A DNA stretch of 62,718 bases, the filler included, from Choristocarpus tenellus KU-1152 (lineage: Eukaryota > Protista > Phaeophyceae): the NCBI GenBank assembly GCA_964200185.2. It is 9 parts of 9 records of this genome, joined end to end, with 100 filler letters (N's around TTAATTAATTAA, not from the genome) between each part and the next. Parts side by side here need not be neighbours in the genome. Positions count along the whole stretch, not along the records: positions 1 to 5,535 come from CAXNAD020010495.1; positions 5,636 to 9,095 come from CAXNAD020019888.1; positions 9,196 to 14,219 come from CAXNAD020012130.1; 6 more parts are not named here. One strand, given 5' to 3'. The notes beneath the pieces are model-generated. The model saw only the letters and a list, made by a program, of their open reading frames with translations. It made no database searches and was not told the origin of the DNA. Below, in pieces: positions 1 through 12,120 of the stretch (positions are counted from its first letter, which is position 1; each line of letters opens with the position of its first letter). Made by a program: the position numbers and the translations under genes.

Positions 1-181
1 CGCCAAAAAGTTTCGGGGGGGGGGGGGGGCTCTACATCAGGGTGTCCATTTGAGTCAAAACCAGGAAAAGTGCATTTGCAGTATCCATTCGACCTATGCA
101 ACCAAACTGCCCAAAACTCGCAACATGAAGAATGACCCCAAATGGACAGCGGCCACCCCCCCCCCCCAGATACTATGAACC
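1..181 (+). mobile_element. MITE family A copy (5' end degraded or truncated), abutting the terminal repeat of a family B element
   Basis: Matches the ~180-bp element repeated across the window (poly-G..tctacatcagggtgtccatttg..caaatggacagc..cccccagatactatgaacc). It is followed directly by the family B end taccctctaagatactttcacac (182-204). Confidence 0.85.
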
Positions 182-635
182 TACCCTCTAAGATACTTTC
201 ACACAGGTGAAAAGGGGTCAAGCTTTATGCAAACCGAGGCATCTGTCCGGGGGGTGACGGGTGATGTAGTAGTGTATGTAGGGGGGAACCAAGTTGCTCA
301 ATGGCTAGTTAACTGTGATTCAATTCAGGGCACCAGCGGCCTCACATCTATTCTGGAGTATTGCTACTGCCATCAATACCACACCCCTGTGGAGAAACTC
401 TGGATACCGAAATTTTTGGTGTTATCCTTGCATAGAGAACCGCAGCAAGCAAGAAAGTGCCCAGGTTTTGTACGTTTTTCTATTTCAAGCCGCTCTTATC
501 ATTGTGTTACCAAGTCACTCTTATTTCTATGGTTGAAGTGGTATGATCGACTCGAGAGCGTTGACTTCTCCATTGTTTGAAAAAAATTCGATAGAAATAA
601 GATAAGTTCCTTTTTATATATGCATTTGTACAAAA

Positions 636-1054
636 GAGCCAAATTATCTTAGAGGGTACAGCCACGTCCATTTGGGGGCCAAATTCCAAAGTTGCGATTT
701 CGATTTAATTTTGAATATCTTGTTTCTTGGGAAGTGTCAATATCCTTGTTATTATAATATCCTTGTTATAATAATATCCTTGTTATAATAATATCCTTGT
801 TATAATAATATCCTTGTTATAATAATATCCTTGTTATAATAATATCCTTGTTATAATAATATCCTTGTTATAACAATATCCTTGTTATAATAATATCCTT
901 GTTCTGGACACGCTCTTTCACGACGTACACATTTTACCTACTGCACAAACATTTTGGAGTAGGAAAATGTCATTAAAAAACCCGTGGGAAGTCAAACCCC
1001 AAACGGACAAACAGGGCAAAACTCGTACCCTCTCTTAATAAGAGACTTTCACAC
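636..1054 (-). mobile_element. MITE family B copy, expanded by an internal 17-bp tandem array
   Basis: TIRs gagccaaattatcttagagggta ... taccctctcttaataagagactttcacac; AAA flanks both ends (3-bp TSD); body is the reverse complement of the copies at 3711, 13016 and 45611. Confidence 0.85.
739..903. repeat. 17-bp tandem repeat (aatatccttgttataat) x ~9-10
   Basis: Read directly; lies inside the family B MITE. Confidence 0.95.
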
Positions 1055-1694
1055 AAAAACCTACCGAATCTCGTACATAATAGTATAATAGTATAACAGC
1101 ATCAGAAAATAAATAAAATAGAAACCTTTGGTACCGGTTCAACTATGTTACGGTTGTGACTTGCAAAGTACTGGAGTACTTGATAACCAATTGTGATCAT
1201 GCTTTTGCGATATTGGTCTGATAGAGGTAGTGTTGAGTGGCAAAGCTTTGTTTTTTTGGAAAGGGTCGATCATCAAACTCGAAATATCTCAAGCAAGCTT
1301 TCGGCTCAACACATGGTAACCGTGGTTCTTGGCGACACTACCTGTAGATCATGAAATACTTGATTGGAATCCCAATAAGTGCCATGCGATAGTCTTCTTT
1401 TTTTTTTACAATATCAAGGTCTCCACCCAATAGTCTTACAGTTTCAGGGAGTCCAGGCAAAAGGTACATGTTGTTCACTCAAGATTCGATCAAGATTCAA
1501 TCAAGATTCAATCAAGATTTGATCTGTGCTCATGTATTAATTGTTGCCTGCACCTCTGTCAATCAACCTAGCCAAGACTGTCATCACCATGCCTCCGTTT
1601 CACCCATCGACACTCAAGAAGTAATCCAATGGAAGGATGCCACTGCTCTAAAAAATTGTTTATCCTCTTTTCAACTACTAATCTGCAACTGCAG

Positions 1695-4600
1695 CGACAG
1701 CCTATGGGTGCTGGATCGTTGTGTGAAGAGTGTGCTGTGTGGGAGGAGAGAGAGGAAATCAGCTGAGGAAAGATGGATAGCCAGGCTGGCAGACACCTGT
1801 GCCAACTATGAGGCCAAGATCAAGGTAATGAGTATTTTGAGCACTAGCGGCCCACTCTCAGAGTCCTGAATGTCTTGTTTGCTTTTGGTCTTATGGAGAC
1901 GAACTTCTTGTGAGGAACGGACCTCAGCACAAAGGAAGGCCCAGGGGAAGGATGATCTCACACTCCCCGATGTGTTTTGGTGCATCTTGAGTTTCTTATT
2001 CTAAGGATGCCCCCAGGAAGGATGACAACTATAGTATGCAAATAACAGAATTTAGCATTTTTGCTAGCACAGTGTTCATGGTTCAGCAAAAGATTGTCTC
2101 ATCTCCCCCCCCCTTCTCAGACAAGCTCACACCCAAAGTATGACATACATACATGCCATACATATATGCCATACATATATGCCATACATACCTGCCATAC
2201 ATATATGTATGATGTGGTTGTTTCGAGTCTTTGTGACAGTAAGTATTTTCTGGCCGGCATCTTAATGTCCCTACATCCTCCAATCCAACGACAATGCATC
2301 CATCCGTAGGACCTTTCCTCTACAGCGACAGGATACTTGATACAGGATCGTGATGGAGGTTCTGAGCTCGGCCCACAAAAGTGGAGTGTGAGCCATCATA
2401 TTTGTTAGCCCCTTAATAAACAACAAAATCGCCAAAATCCATCCCCCTCCAGGATACTTGGGGTCTCACCTACCAACTACCAGGTTGAAGCAGTGTAGCT
2501 TGCATTGATTGCCCTCTGCAGTACAGAATCTCAGGGATACCCCACCCCCTTATCTCAAGGTTCAGAAGAGCAGTGTTGGTCCCAGGCTCAAAATGACCTA
2601 CTCTGACATCTCTTGTTTCTCCTGGTAAACTGATCATACCCCAAACTTGATAGCAAAATCGTCACTCTTGGTAGAGTCCCCCCTCACCCATACCTTGCAG
2701 TAGACATAATTGAATCCTAAACATGATATATATGTTTATTTTATATTTTCTCTGTCTTGAACTGTGTTCAGTGCCTGCAACCGGTGTGTACACATGTCTC
2801 CCTGAAATCTCTGTGTACATATCGTTCAGGATATTCACGCCAGTCATGAGGCCCAGGAGGTGGAGCAAGTCCGGGTGAAGCAAGAGGCCAAGGCACAGGT
2901 GGACCGTATGGCAGAGACCCTGCGCACCCTTGGTGGTATATTCAAGAACATGCAGGTGATGGGTGTTCTCAGGGAACTTATAACTTCACTCAGTTCTGCT
3001 GAGTTTTCAAGGAGATCATTATACTACGAGTATACTATCACCATAGTGATATCAAAATAGTGTGTGTACGGTGTTGATGATATATAATGGTGGAATGTAA
3101 TGTAGTCAATTCACCAAACCTTATAGTGTTGATGATATATAATGGTGGAATGTAATGTAGTCAATTCACCAAACCTTATAGTGTTGATGATATATAATGG
3201 TGGAATGTAATGTAGTCAATTCACCAAACCTTATAGTGTTGATGATATATAATGGTGGAATGTAATGTAGTCAATTCACCAAACCTTATAGTGTTGATGC
3301 ACTATACGAATTAGTTTGTTGTGTCATCTTTTCTGTCATTCTGGCTAGCTAGAATGGGTGAAAAATTGTCAATGCCTTTTCCAGCTATGCTGTATTCCAC
3401 TATAACGAATCCTCTCTGGAATGTGTAGAAAGCTTAGTTTGAAGAGCTTTGTGTCTCTTTGATTGGTTAGTTTGAAGGGCTTTGTGTTTGTTAGATTGGT
3501 TAGTTTGAAGAGCTTTGTGTCTGTTTGATTGGATAGTTTAAAGAGCTTTGTGTTTGTTAGATTGTTTCCTTTGAAGAGCTTTGTGTTTGTTTGATTGGTT
3601 AGTTTGAAAAGCTTTGTGTCTGTTTCATTGGTTAGTTTGAAGGGCTTTGTGTTTTTTTGATTGGTTAGTTTGAAGCAAGGGGCAAAAAACAAGTAGTGCA
3701 TTGGCGCAAAGAGTGAAAGTATCTTATTAAGAGAGGTTACGAATTTTGCCCTGTTTGTCCGTTTGTGGCTTGACTTCCCACAATTTTTTTATGACATTTT
3801 CCTGCACCAAAATGTTTCGGAGTAGGTAAAGATGTATACCATTTTGGAGTACAGATCATGTATATGTCCGGAACAAGGATATTGACACTCCCTAACAAAC
3901 ACAAAACCCAAAATTTCATCAAAATAGCAACATTGGAGTTTGGCCCCCAAACGGACGTGGCTCTACCCTCTAAGATACTTCAACTCAAAATGATACAGTC
4001 ATCCAGATCCAGAAAGTTTTTATCTCATGATGTATACTCAGAGGTACGTGCTTAAGGACTTAGAGGTACAAGCTTAAGGACCTGATCAAATGCTCGCGGT
4101 AGCTCAGCCCTCACCTGGTCACTGTGCAGTTCCAACTCTTCAAAGTGATTTCTTTTGTCAGAACCTTGTTCTTCTTGAACTTGTTCAATGCTCATTTCGC
4201 AAGCGACAAAACACACCAGACTCTCCACCCTAACCCTAACCCTATAACACAAACACACCCTATCTCCAGCTCTAATCTAGATATGATTTTGATTTTAGAG
4301 GGGAAGTTCACATCTTGCACAGACAGGGCTTTGACAGAACGCATTCAGAGTAGCGCTGCATCTGTTGTCTATTGTCTATTGTCTATTGTCTATTGTCTAT
4401 TGTGTATTGTATCTATTGTCTATTGTCTATTGTCTATTGTCTATTGTCTATTGTCTATTGTCTATGGTCTATGGTCTATTGTCTATTGTATCTATTGTCT
4501 ATTGTCTATTGTCTATTGTCTATTGTCTGTTGTCTATTGTATCTATTGTCTATTGTCTATTGTCTATTGTATCTATTGTATCTATTGTATCTATTGTCTA

Positions 4601-4903
4601 TTGTATCTATTGTCTATTGTCTATTGTCTATTGTATCCATTGTCTATTGTATCTATTGTCTATTGTCTATTGTCTATTGTATCTATTGTATCTATTGTAT
4701 CTATTGTATCTATTGCAACAGCCTATTGTCGCTTTTCCCACTGTGCTGATCTGATACAGTTGGATGGAGAGGCTATGACCGATATAGATCTGAAGGAACG
4801 TTGCAGGAGGTTGGAACTCCAGCTAATAGAGCAGAAGGAGGAGCTCAGGGAACTCAGAAGCTTCAAGGAGAAGAACATTAGCATTCAGGCGGAGGCGTTT
4901 CAG
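1695..4903 (+). CDS. Partial multi-exon gene for an unknown coiled-coil protein; exons 1695-1824, 2830-2955, 4760-4903
   Basis: Three exons bounded by AG/GT that join in phase 0: ..AEERWIARLADTCANYEAKIK / DIHASHEAQEVEQVRVKQEAKAQVDRMAETLRTLGGIFKNMQ / LDGEAMTDIDLKERCRRLELQLIEQKEELRELRSFKEK... Composition is E/K/Q/L-rich and heptad-like. Confidence 0.7.
2144..2208. repeat. 13-bp tandem repeat (catacatatatgc) x ~5
   Basis: Read directly. Confidence 0.85.
3071..3299. repeat. 55-bp tandem repeat x ~4.2
   Basis: Unit gtgttgatgatatataatggtggaatgtaatgtagtcaattcaccaaaccttata, identical copies, intronic. Confidence 0.95.
3434..3675. repeat. 33-bp degenerate tandem repeat x ~7
   Basis: Unit ~ttagtttgaagagctttgtgtctgtttgattgg. 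Confidence 0.9.
3711..3986 (+). mobile_element. MITE family B copy
   Basis: TIRs gagtgaaagtatctta.. / ..taccctctaagatacttcaactc; AAA on both sides. Confidence 0.85.
4361..4715. repeat. Compound microsatellite (tctattg)n / (tatctattg)n
   Basis: Read directly; it generates the spurious SIVYCLL ORFs. Confidence 0.97.
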
Positions 4904-5225
4904 GTGCAGACAAAAGGGTTGCACTTTATTTATTTTTGTGCTGGGTCAGGGAGTTTCTTGCTACTTTTTGTTATTGAAATCTTCGATAGACATAGAACTA
5001 AAGAGTCAAAGACACAATACCTGTGCGTCAAGGATGAGGGCCCGGCAGATCCTGGCAATGCAAGGTACTCAAGTCGCTCTTCAGTTTGTGTTGTGAAGGT
5101 GCTTACGGTGCATCGTAGTGTAAAAAAAAAAACATCAAGAATTTGGTGCATTGAAAGCATGACCTTACTTGTACGGCCAGAAAGGAGTAGTTAAATTGTT
5201 TTGTTTAATCCAGGCTACGCCAAAT

Positions 5226-5395
5226 TGTTTCAGTGTGTTTCAGTGTGTTTCAGTATGTTTCAGTATGTTTCAGTGTGTTTCTGTGTGTTTCTGTGTGTTT
5301 CTGTGTGTTTCTGTGTGTTTCTGTGTGTTTCAGTGTGTTTCAGTGTGTTTCAGTGTGTTTCTGTGTGTTTCAGTGTGTTTCAGTGTGTTTCAGTG
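5226..5395. repeat. 10-bp tandem repeat (gtgtttcagt / gtgtttctgt)n
   Basis: Read directly. Confidence 0.95.
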
Positions 5396-5535
5396 ACTAT
5401 GCAAGTGGCACTGTCTCAATGTGTCATGAGCTTCAAACTAGAGTCACCAGGGAGATGGGCACGGAGGGGTTTGTTGGATTCTTGGGATGCCTCCCTAGCT
5501 CCCCCCCCCCCTGGGGCAGAGGAGTAGGTAGATGG

Positions 5536-5635
5536 NNNNNNNNNNNNNNNNNNNNNNNNNNNNNNNNNNNNNNNNNNNNTTAATTAATTAANNNNNNNNN
5601 NNNNNNNNNNNNNNNNNNNNNNNNNNNNNNNNNNN
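5536..5635. other. Artificial contig linker (N44-TTAATTAATTAA-N44). The same linker recurs at 9096-9195, 14220-14319, 21353-21452, 25364-25463, 31811-31910, 35736-35835 and 50058-50157.
   Basis: An identical 100-nt N-padded spacer with stops in all six frames occurs eight times. Confidence 0.98.
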
Positions 5636-6860
5636 GTAAGGGGAGGAATTTGGGGGTTAGAATTAGTACCATAGCATTACTGGGATGTGAGACCACACAA
5701 CCCTCTCACACAACACATAACCTCTATCCCTTCACCTTAGTAATATGAATGAATCACCAAACCCTAACCTTATCATCTGAACAAAAAAAGTAAGATTTGC
5801 CCTCCCAACTAAAAGGCTGTACACCCATGCCCCAGAAGGGTGAAGAATGTGCAATGCCAATCCAACACAGCTCTTTCACATGCGAGCTAAATAGAAGTAA
5901 GTAGTACTCCCTATCTAGTACTCCTAAATAGTGCAGCCAGCATATCCCTCACCAAATTTAGCATCTGCTCTGTGTATGCCGGAAAAGGCGTCCGTGCCAC
6001 ACAAGAGAACAGGAAGAGTCTCTTTGAGGGGGGCAAAACAGGCACCAGATCCAAGACCAGAGAGCATAATTCACGTACCACCGCCTTCCATCCAGATGGA
6101 AAAACAAATCCATGTCATGACAACCCCCCCACCGACACAGTTGACAAAATCATCAACCGCCATTTATTGTATTGTGACAGGGCATTTGAAGTAGAGGATC
6201 GGAAGTATCGGAAGTATTGACAAGGTGGTGGGGGGAAAGTAGAGGCAGAGCAAGGCATGGGTGGGGGATGAGTGAGTTGGAGAGATGCATAATGACATTG
6301 GCTGCGACTCTTGTAGGTGGGGATAAGCAGGCTTGGGGTTTGTGCATGGAAAGTTATTTTAAATGGAAGGCAAGCGTCAAGAAGTACTACAATAAAAAAA
6401 AGTGCAATATAAAAGAACCGCATTCCCAACAATAGAGTAGCATCACAATACACTTGTACTTGTACTTGTACTTCATCACAGGCTGGATCTGCCAAGTAGG
6501 CACTATTGTCACCAACACAAACAGGTGGAGTGAGGAGATAGAAACAAACACAAACAAAATGAATTTTAAAAAATCGAATGGGGGCATCGGTATCATTGCA
6601 TGAGAAATTTCTTGTTCATGTTCACATTTTCCAGGAAAAAGTCAAGAATCCAGAAGCAAAAATAAACAAATAAAAATGTTTTCTCAGTCATATAACCCTC
6701 AAATACCTAACATGGAACTAGGAATGAGGGTGCAACAAAATTTCCATTCAATTACGCTCCACGCGTGCCTGTCCCAAACGGAAAACTCAAAAGACAAAAA
6801 TTCCCATTGGAAGATCACCAGAGGCTAGGCTGGAGATTGAAATGACCGTCTCACCACCTA

Positions 6861-7005
6861 CACAAGGCAACTAACGCCTGCACAAGGCAACTAACGCCTG
6901 CACAAGGCAACTAACGCCTGCACAAGGCAACTAACGCCTGCACAAGGCAACTAACGCCTGCACAAGGCAACTAACGCCTGCACAAGGCAACTAACGCTTG
7001 CACAA
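6861..7005. repeat. 20-bp tandem repeat (cacaaggcaactaacgcctg) x ~7
   Basis: Read directly. Confidence 0.95.
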
Positions 7006-7857
7006 GTTGCTCCAAAAATTAAGGTCATCAACTCGTTCCCTCCTAACGATTTACTCAAAAGCAAATGTCAGCGTGGAACCCCTTGTCTACTGAGCGCACA
7101 GTCCCTCTCTCACTCTACTCTTCCCGAGCTATATCTCAAGTCAACAGGAGACCTCACATGTGTACTCTACAAAAAAATTGAGTGGAGGAAGCAACTACAT
7201 CACCCTCACCAACCCCAGAGTATGCATGAGGAGTTGCACACCACAATGGCATAGTAAGATTCCAATTACCACTAGCTCACACTGCCAAAAAAGCTACAAA
7301 AAAAAAAGCTACTGCTCGTTGGTACTTCCGCAGCATGACTTCCAAAAAAAAAAGTAGGAGCAGTGTACCTTACCTATCAATGATAAAGTCCTCACACAGC
7401 TTGTCACCTCACCCTACACATAACTCCACCTATTGCCGCTCTCACATCACTATATACCCTACAAATATTCCTCGAGTTAGCTTCAGAATATCAATACAAG
7501 GAGGGTCCACCATGATCGCCACACAACACTTCACAGTTATAACGAACTAGTTACTTTACGCTGGTGAAGTACAGTTTGCTGGGTAGGAGGTAATTCTCCA
7601 GAGCTATTAAACAAAGTGTTCACTTGCCCTGATCAAATCTCTGTCCCTCCGAGAGGAAAAATAATGAAAAAAGCAATAGCTTCTAACAACACCACTGTAA
7701 GTCATCAACAAATTAATGAGTTACTGTTATTGATCAACTCAAATGTCACCACGAAATCGATCACCACACTCATCACCTCTGCTTCATAAGCAATACATCT
7801 CACACCTATCCAACCTATCCACACAAAAGAACATGACTTCCAATGAAATAGTACCCC

Positions 7858-7897
<40 letters not shown>

Positions 7898-7975
7898 ATT
7901 TTCTAAGAAGTTCATGAAACATTATCTCCTACTAAGCAGAGCCTCCTACCATACATAACTTCCTGAGGTACATAC

Positions 7976-9095
7976 CTCATGCTTCCCCAAGGTGCTGTTC
8001 CACAGCAGCTCCAGCTGGTTTGTGCTAAGTGCATTTCGTCTTGCAAGAAATCGAAGTATGCTATCTGATCGCTTCACCTACCACATACACACATACACAT
8101 ACACAGAGACACACATACACACATACATACATACAAATGCAATTCGTTGAATACTTTTAATCTTATCAAAGACACACTACAAATTAAATATTTTATCTAT
8201 GGCATACAGATAGTTTGAAGATTAAGATGGTAACCAATATAGGGTTCGGTGCGGCGAGATAACTGCATTAGGTCTACCTTTCACATAAACACACAGAATA
8301 GAGCATGAGAACAAACCGTATCAATCACTCCTTTCTTCAAACAGAAACAAAAGCACGTATCAGAACATTCAATACAGTTATTAGCATTAGCAAGTTAGGT
8401 GCAAGAAAATGGGAGGGGCAAAGGGGGGTAAGAGGCAGGCTAAAAACAGACTTTTCAAATATGCAAACATATCAGGGCAGGGAGAGAGGGGGTGTGAGTG
8501 AGAAGAGGTGATTGACGCCTTCCTTCCTCACTAGTCCACTACTACAGTACTAGCATCTACCCTCCTAACCTAGAGGTGGATCCGCACACTGGAACACCTG
8601 GTTAATACAGTACAGTAAAAACATTACTTTAAGGACCTCGCACTCAGCAAGGTCCCACAGGGGCAAGGGGCACTGCAGCTGGCAGGTCGAGCGCAGGAAC
8701 AACAGTGCAATGACTGGGAAAGGGGTAAATTCAATTGCTTCTGGTAGTGAAATTAGGAACAACATTGATACTGCAGCAGAAAACAGGATACCATTCCTTA
8801 GTACACAGAGGATAAATGATGCACACATGGTGAAGTAGGCCATTCTTAGTACACAGTGGATAAATGATATACACATGGTGAAGTAGGCCATTCTAAGTAC
8901 ACAGTGGATAAATGATACACGCGTGGTGAAGTAGGCCATTCTTAATACACAGTGGATATGTGTGTGAAAAAAAAAGGGGAGGGGAGGGGGGGGGGGCACC
9001 ACATACACACCAGCTCCACATGCATACTTGATCCAAACAGCTCTTCCAGAAAGCAGTTCCCCACTAGCCACGCCTCCATTGTGCTGCTTGATGCC
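7976..9095 (-). CDS. Fragment of a large ubiquitin-specific protease (USP9X/USP24/USP34-like N-terminal region); exons 9095-9011 and 8077-7976
   Basis: Spliced translation ASSSTMEAWLVGNCFLEELFGSSMHVEL / VKRSDSILRFLARRNALSTNQLELLWNSTLGKHE resembles, as I recall it, the USP9X-family segment [41 protein letters not shown]/AG boundaries are in phase 0. Confidence 0.75.
8791..8958. repeat. 48-bp tandem repeat x ~3.5
   Basis: Unit ccattcttagtacacagtggataaatgatgcacacatggtgaagtagg, intronic. Confidence 0.9.
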
Positions 9096-9655
9096 NNNNN
9101 NNNNNNNNNNNNNNNNNNNNNNNNNNNNNNNNNNNNNNNTTAATTAATTAANNNNNNNNNNNNNNNNNNNNNNNNNNNNNNNNNNNNNNNNNNNNCCAAA
9201 TGGACAGCAGCCACCCCCCCCCCCCAGATACTTTGAACCACAGCAAGTAACTCATCATGTTGCCAGTCCAATAAAATGTTGTAATCAGATTTGGTACATC
9301 AAGAGTGTGGAGCTAATCAAGATATCACAATTATCAATCAACATTTGCTTATTGAGACTTCCAGCAAGTAAAATGCCGCACTGCAAATCCACTGAACATT
9401 GTAAGCAGACTCAGCACAATCAGTGTACTGTTCAACTCTTTATGATTTTGCATTTTCTTTGTCATAGGTTTTTTGTAAATTTGTTTTATTCTTCTTATGC
9501 ATGGGAAGGGAGAGTTCTTTAATATGGGACGAAATGTTCTTCTTGTTGTGACTTGTAACTGATGTGGCTCTGCGGAGATAGAGGGTTGTCGATAGAAAAT
9601 CCCCTTCTAGAGGACTGGGGAAGATCAAATGACGGATGTATATGTAAGACAGAAA

Positions 9656-9846
9656 GGTTCAAAGTATCTTGGGGGGGGTGAAGTTGGGGGTGGCTGCTGT
9701 CCACTTGGGGGCTTTTTTTTCATGTCGCGATTTTTGTGTTATTTGGTTGCATATGTCGAATGGATAATGTAATTGCGCTTTTCCTAGTTTTGGTCCAAAT
9801 GGACACCCTGGTGTAGACCGCCCCCACCCCCCAGATACTTTGAGTC
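9656..9846 (-). mobile_element. MITE family A copy (a further 3' end fragment lies at 9196-9239)
   Basis: TIRs ggttcaaagtatcttgggggg / cccccagatactttgagtc; agaaa on both flanks. Confidence 0.88.
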
Positions 9847-10474
9847 AGAAAAAGGTTGCGTTCATTGCATTATGTATCCTTCATTGACTCTTTCCCCCAC
9901 AACATCTTCTTCTAAGTGTTGATAAATATATTTTGATGATCTTGCAGCTATCTTATCTTTACAATGGTGTAGGTAGATGTAGATCATTCAGTCGAGCAAG
10001 CTTAGTGCCTTGGGTTTCATGGACCAGACATAGGTCGAAAGTTAGAATGCAAGGTACTCAGAGTTGCATTTGAAGAATGCAGACAAATTTGTTCAAAGTT
10101 CGACTTTTTCTACAGATGGATATTGGAGCTTTGCTGAATTCTGTCATGAAGTTTCAAGCAATAGAGAAGTCAACTCTCTCAAGTCAAACTCATCACTTCA
10201 TCCATCGAAATATCTGTGTATTTCAAAACAATGAAAGACTAGGAAAAAATGCGTAACGGCCAAAACCTGGGTAAGTCTCGATTACTTTGGCCCTGGTACA
10301 CATATGGGCGTGACTTTGCTCAAGGAGGCAGATGTAAAGTAGTAGTGTGTTCTGTTAGAGACAGTTGACACATCATTTGTATCCAACTCCTTGAATCGTT
10401 GGACTTTCAGTCAAGTAGGATGGGCGCCATATTTTGCAACTCCACCAAATCTCCTTTCCACTTTGCTCTATCAG

Positions 10475-12120
10475 TCTATTGTGTCATGGATTCGTCAACG
10501 CTGGGTATGGCATACAACAGTCCTCCAAGATCAGACACTGAACATCTTCTTCAAAGAGCTCAAGGTATGCTATCTTGGTTTAGTGCTTGACCATTTCACA
10601 TTATTGCCTTGGTGCATGATGCCACGAAGTAATTGCAACAACATGGTTACTATTGCATCTTGATGTGTCCCTAATGAGCTGTGTGTACCCATTGAACATT
10701 TTTTCTTTTTAAGAAACCTTTCACGTTTGTCGTGGTGCATATTCCTGAGGATATGCAATCAGTGAAATCTCAATTATTTTGGTATACATCCTTGTAGTCA
10801 AGGGACCGTAATGGCATATGGATGTTCCTTGAATGTCGGTTGACCTTTCGAAACAATGTCACGTCTCCTAGTCTAAACATGAATAAAGCAACAAACTCAG
10901 GATGCTCTAGTGCACATAAGATTATACTGGCAGGGCTGTCTGAGGTAGGTAGAAGGTACTCAAGTATATCATTGAATTTCTAATGCCTCAGGTTGAAGCA
11001 TGTCTACTCTTGACAGTCATATTCAGTATCTAGTCAAGATCTTCACGGTTTGTGCTTGGAGAAAATACCTCGTTAGGAAAAGTCTACATGACAACATAAT
11101 ATAAACTATTACTCTAGTACTTCAAACTATGAACTGCTTATCTCGGAGGCACAAACAATTACCAGCTTTGGTCATGGGGCAATTTATGGAACAAGCTCAG
11201 TTCATGACTCACATTGAGCACTAAGGTTACCTCTCACTAGCAGTGGATCAAAAGGTTAATTAAAAATGCTTTCTCCATCAAAGGTGGCTATAACTGTTAC
11301 ATCGAGATGATATTGCTTACTACACTTGCTCCAGGAATCCGAGGCTCCTTATTTCGCCCTAGCTTCTTGGCTCTCACTGAACGCCACCAGTGAAGAGATC
11401 CAGCGCATTAGGGAGGCCACATCTTTCACAGCAATGCAAACGATGGAACAGAAGGGGCTACTGCTTCAAAAGGCCATGCCAAAGGGTGTCAAAAAGGTGC
11501 AACAATTTATGATCCAACTTCAGAACCAGTTCATATCACAATGTCCAAATATTGTACTGAACTTGAACATGTTTACACAAACTGAGTTCATTGGAATGCC
11601 CACATGTTTCTTGTAGACACCTGACATATTCGTTCCAAACGAGAAGGAGTGGCTGGTACACAGTCAACCTGATGACACATGGATGATATGTCTTTTTGCC
11701 CGCAAAACATGCTTTTTTGTAGTTAAATCATGAACGACTTGGTGTAGGCAGTCCCACAACAGCTGCCGTTGGAGTGAAATTATGGTGTCCATTTCTGGTT
11801 GCTGTTGCTGTGCCTGGCAGGCCTTGGTCCTGTTTACTCTATCCACCCAGGGTAGTGTTCCTACTCTACCCATCACATTGTTACATTGAGTTGGTGCTTA
11901 ATCAACGCCAATGAAGTCTTCCAAACGAAAATAAGATGATGCACTGAATACACATATCATGACCTTCTCTTTCCTTGTCCCAAAATAGGTCCGTTCTGGT
12001 GGAAAGAAGACATACAACCACTACAATCTCCAAACAGAGACAATAGTATGGATGAACTTCACCCTGAGTGCCCTGTTGCCAGCGGACTTGCTTGCAGAGT
12101 ATGGGCTTGAGGCCACATGA
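10475..12120 (+). CDS. Sulfotransferase (Sulfotransfer_1-like), 3' part; exons 10475-10564, 11335-11496, 11989-12120
   Basis: In-frame spliced translation SIVSWIRQRWVWHTTVLQDQTLNIFFKELK / ESEAPYFALASWLSLNATSEEIQRIREATSFTAMQTMEQKG.. / VRSGGKKTYNHY..* follows the C-terminal pattern l.yEdLk..la.fL..e.i..i.e.tSF..M..vRkG of PAPS-dependent sulfotransferases. Confidence 0.7.

Noticed and set aside
3071-3299. 55-bp repeats (and the 20-, 33- and 48-bp arrays) as a CRISPR-like array
   Set aside because: Units are head-to-tail with no unique spacers, there are no cas genes, and the context is eukaryotic.
3369-3701. ORF with 11-aa KLTNQTDTKLF repeats
   Set aside because: It is the translation of a 33-bp minisatellite, antisense within an intron, with no other coding evidence.
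4124-5194. 356-aa ORF and overlapping SIVYCLL-repeat ORFs
   Set aside because: They are open only because of a stop-free microsatellite; only 4760-4903 behaves like a real exon.
5536-5635. TTAATTAATTAA palindrome as a biological repeat or recombination site
   Set aside because: It is always centred in identical N padding, so it is an artificial concatenation linker. Gene neighbourhoods across linkers carry no meaning.
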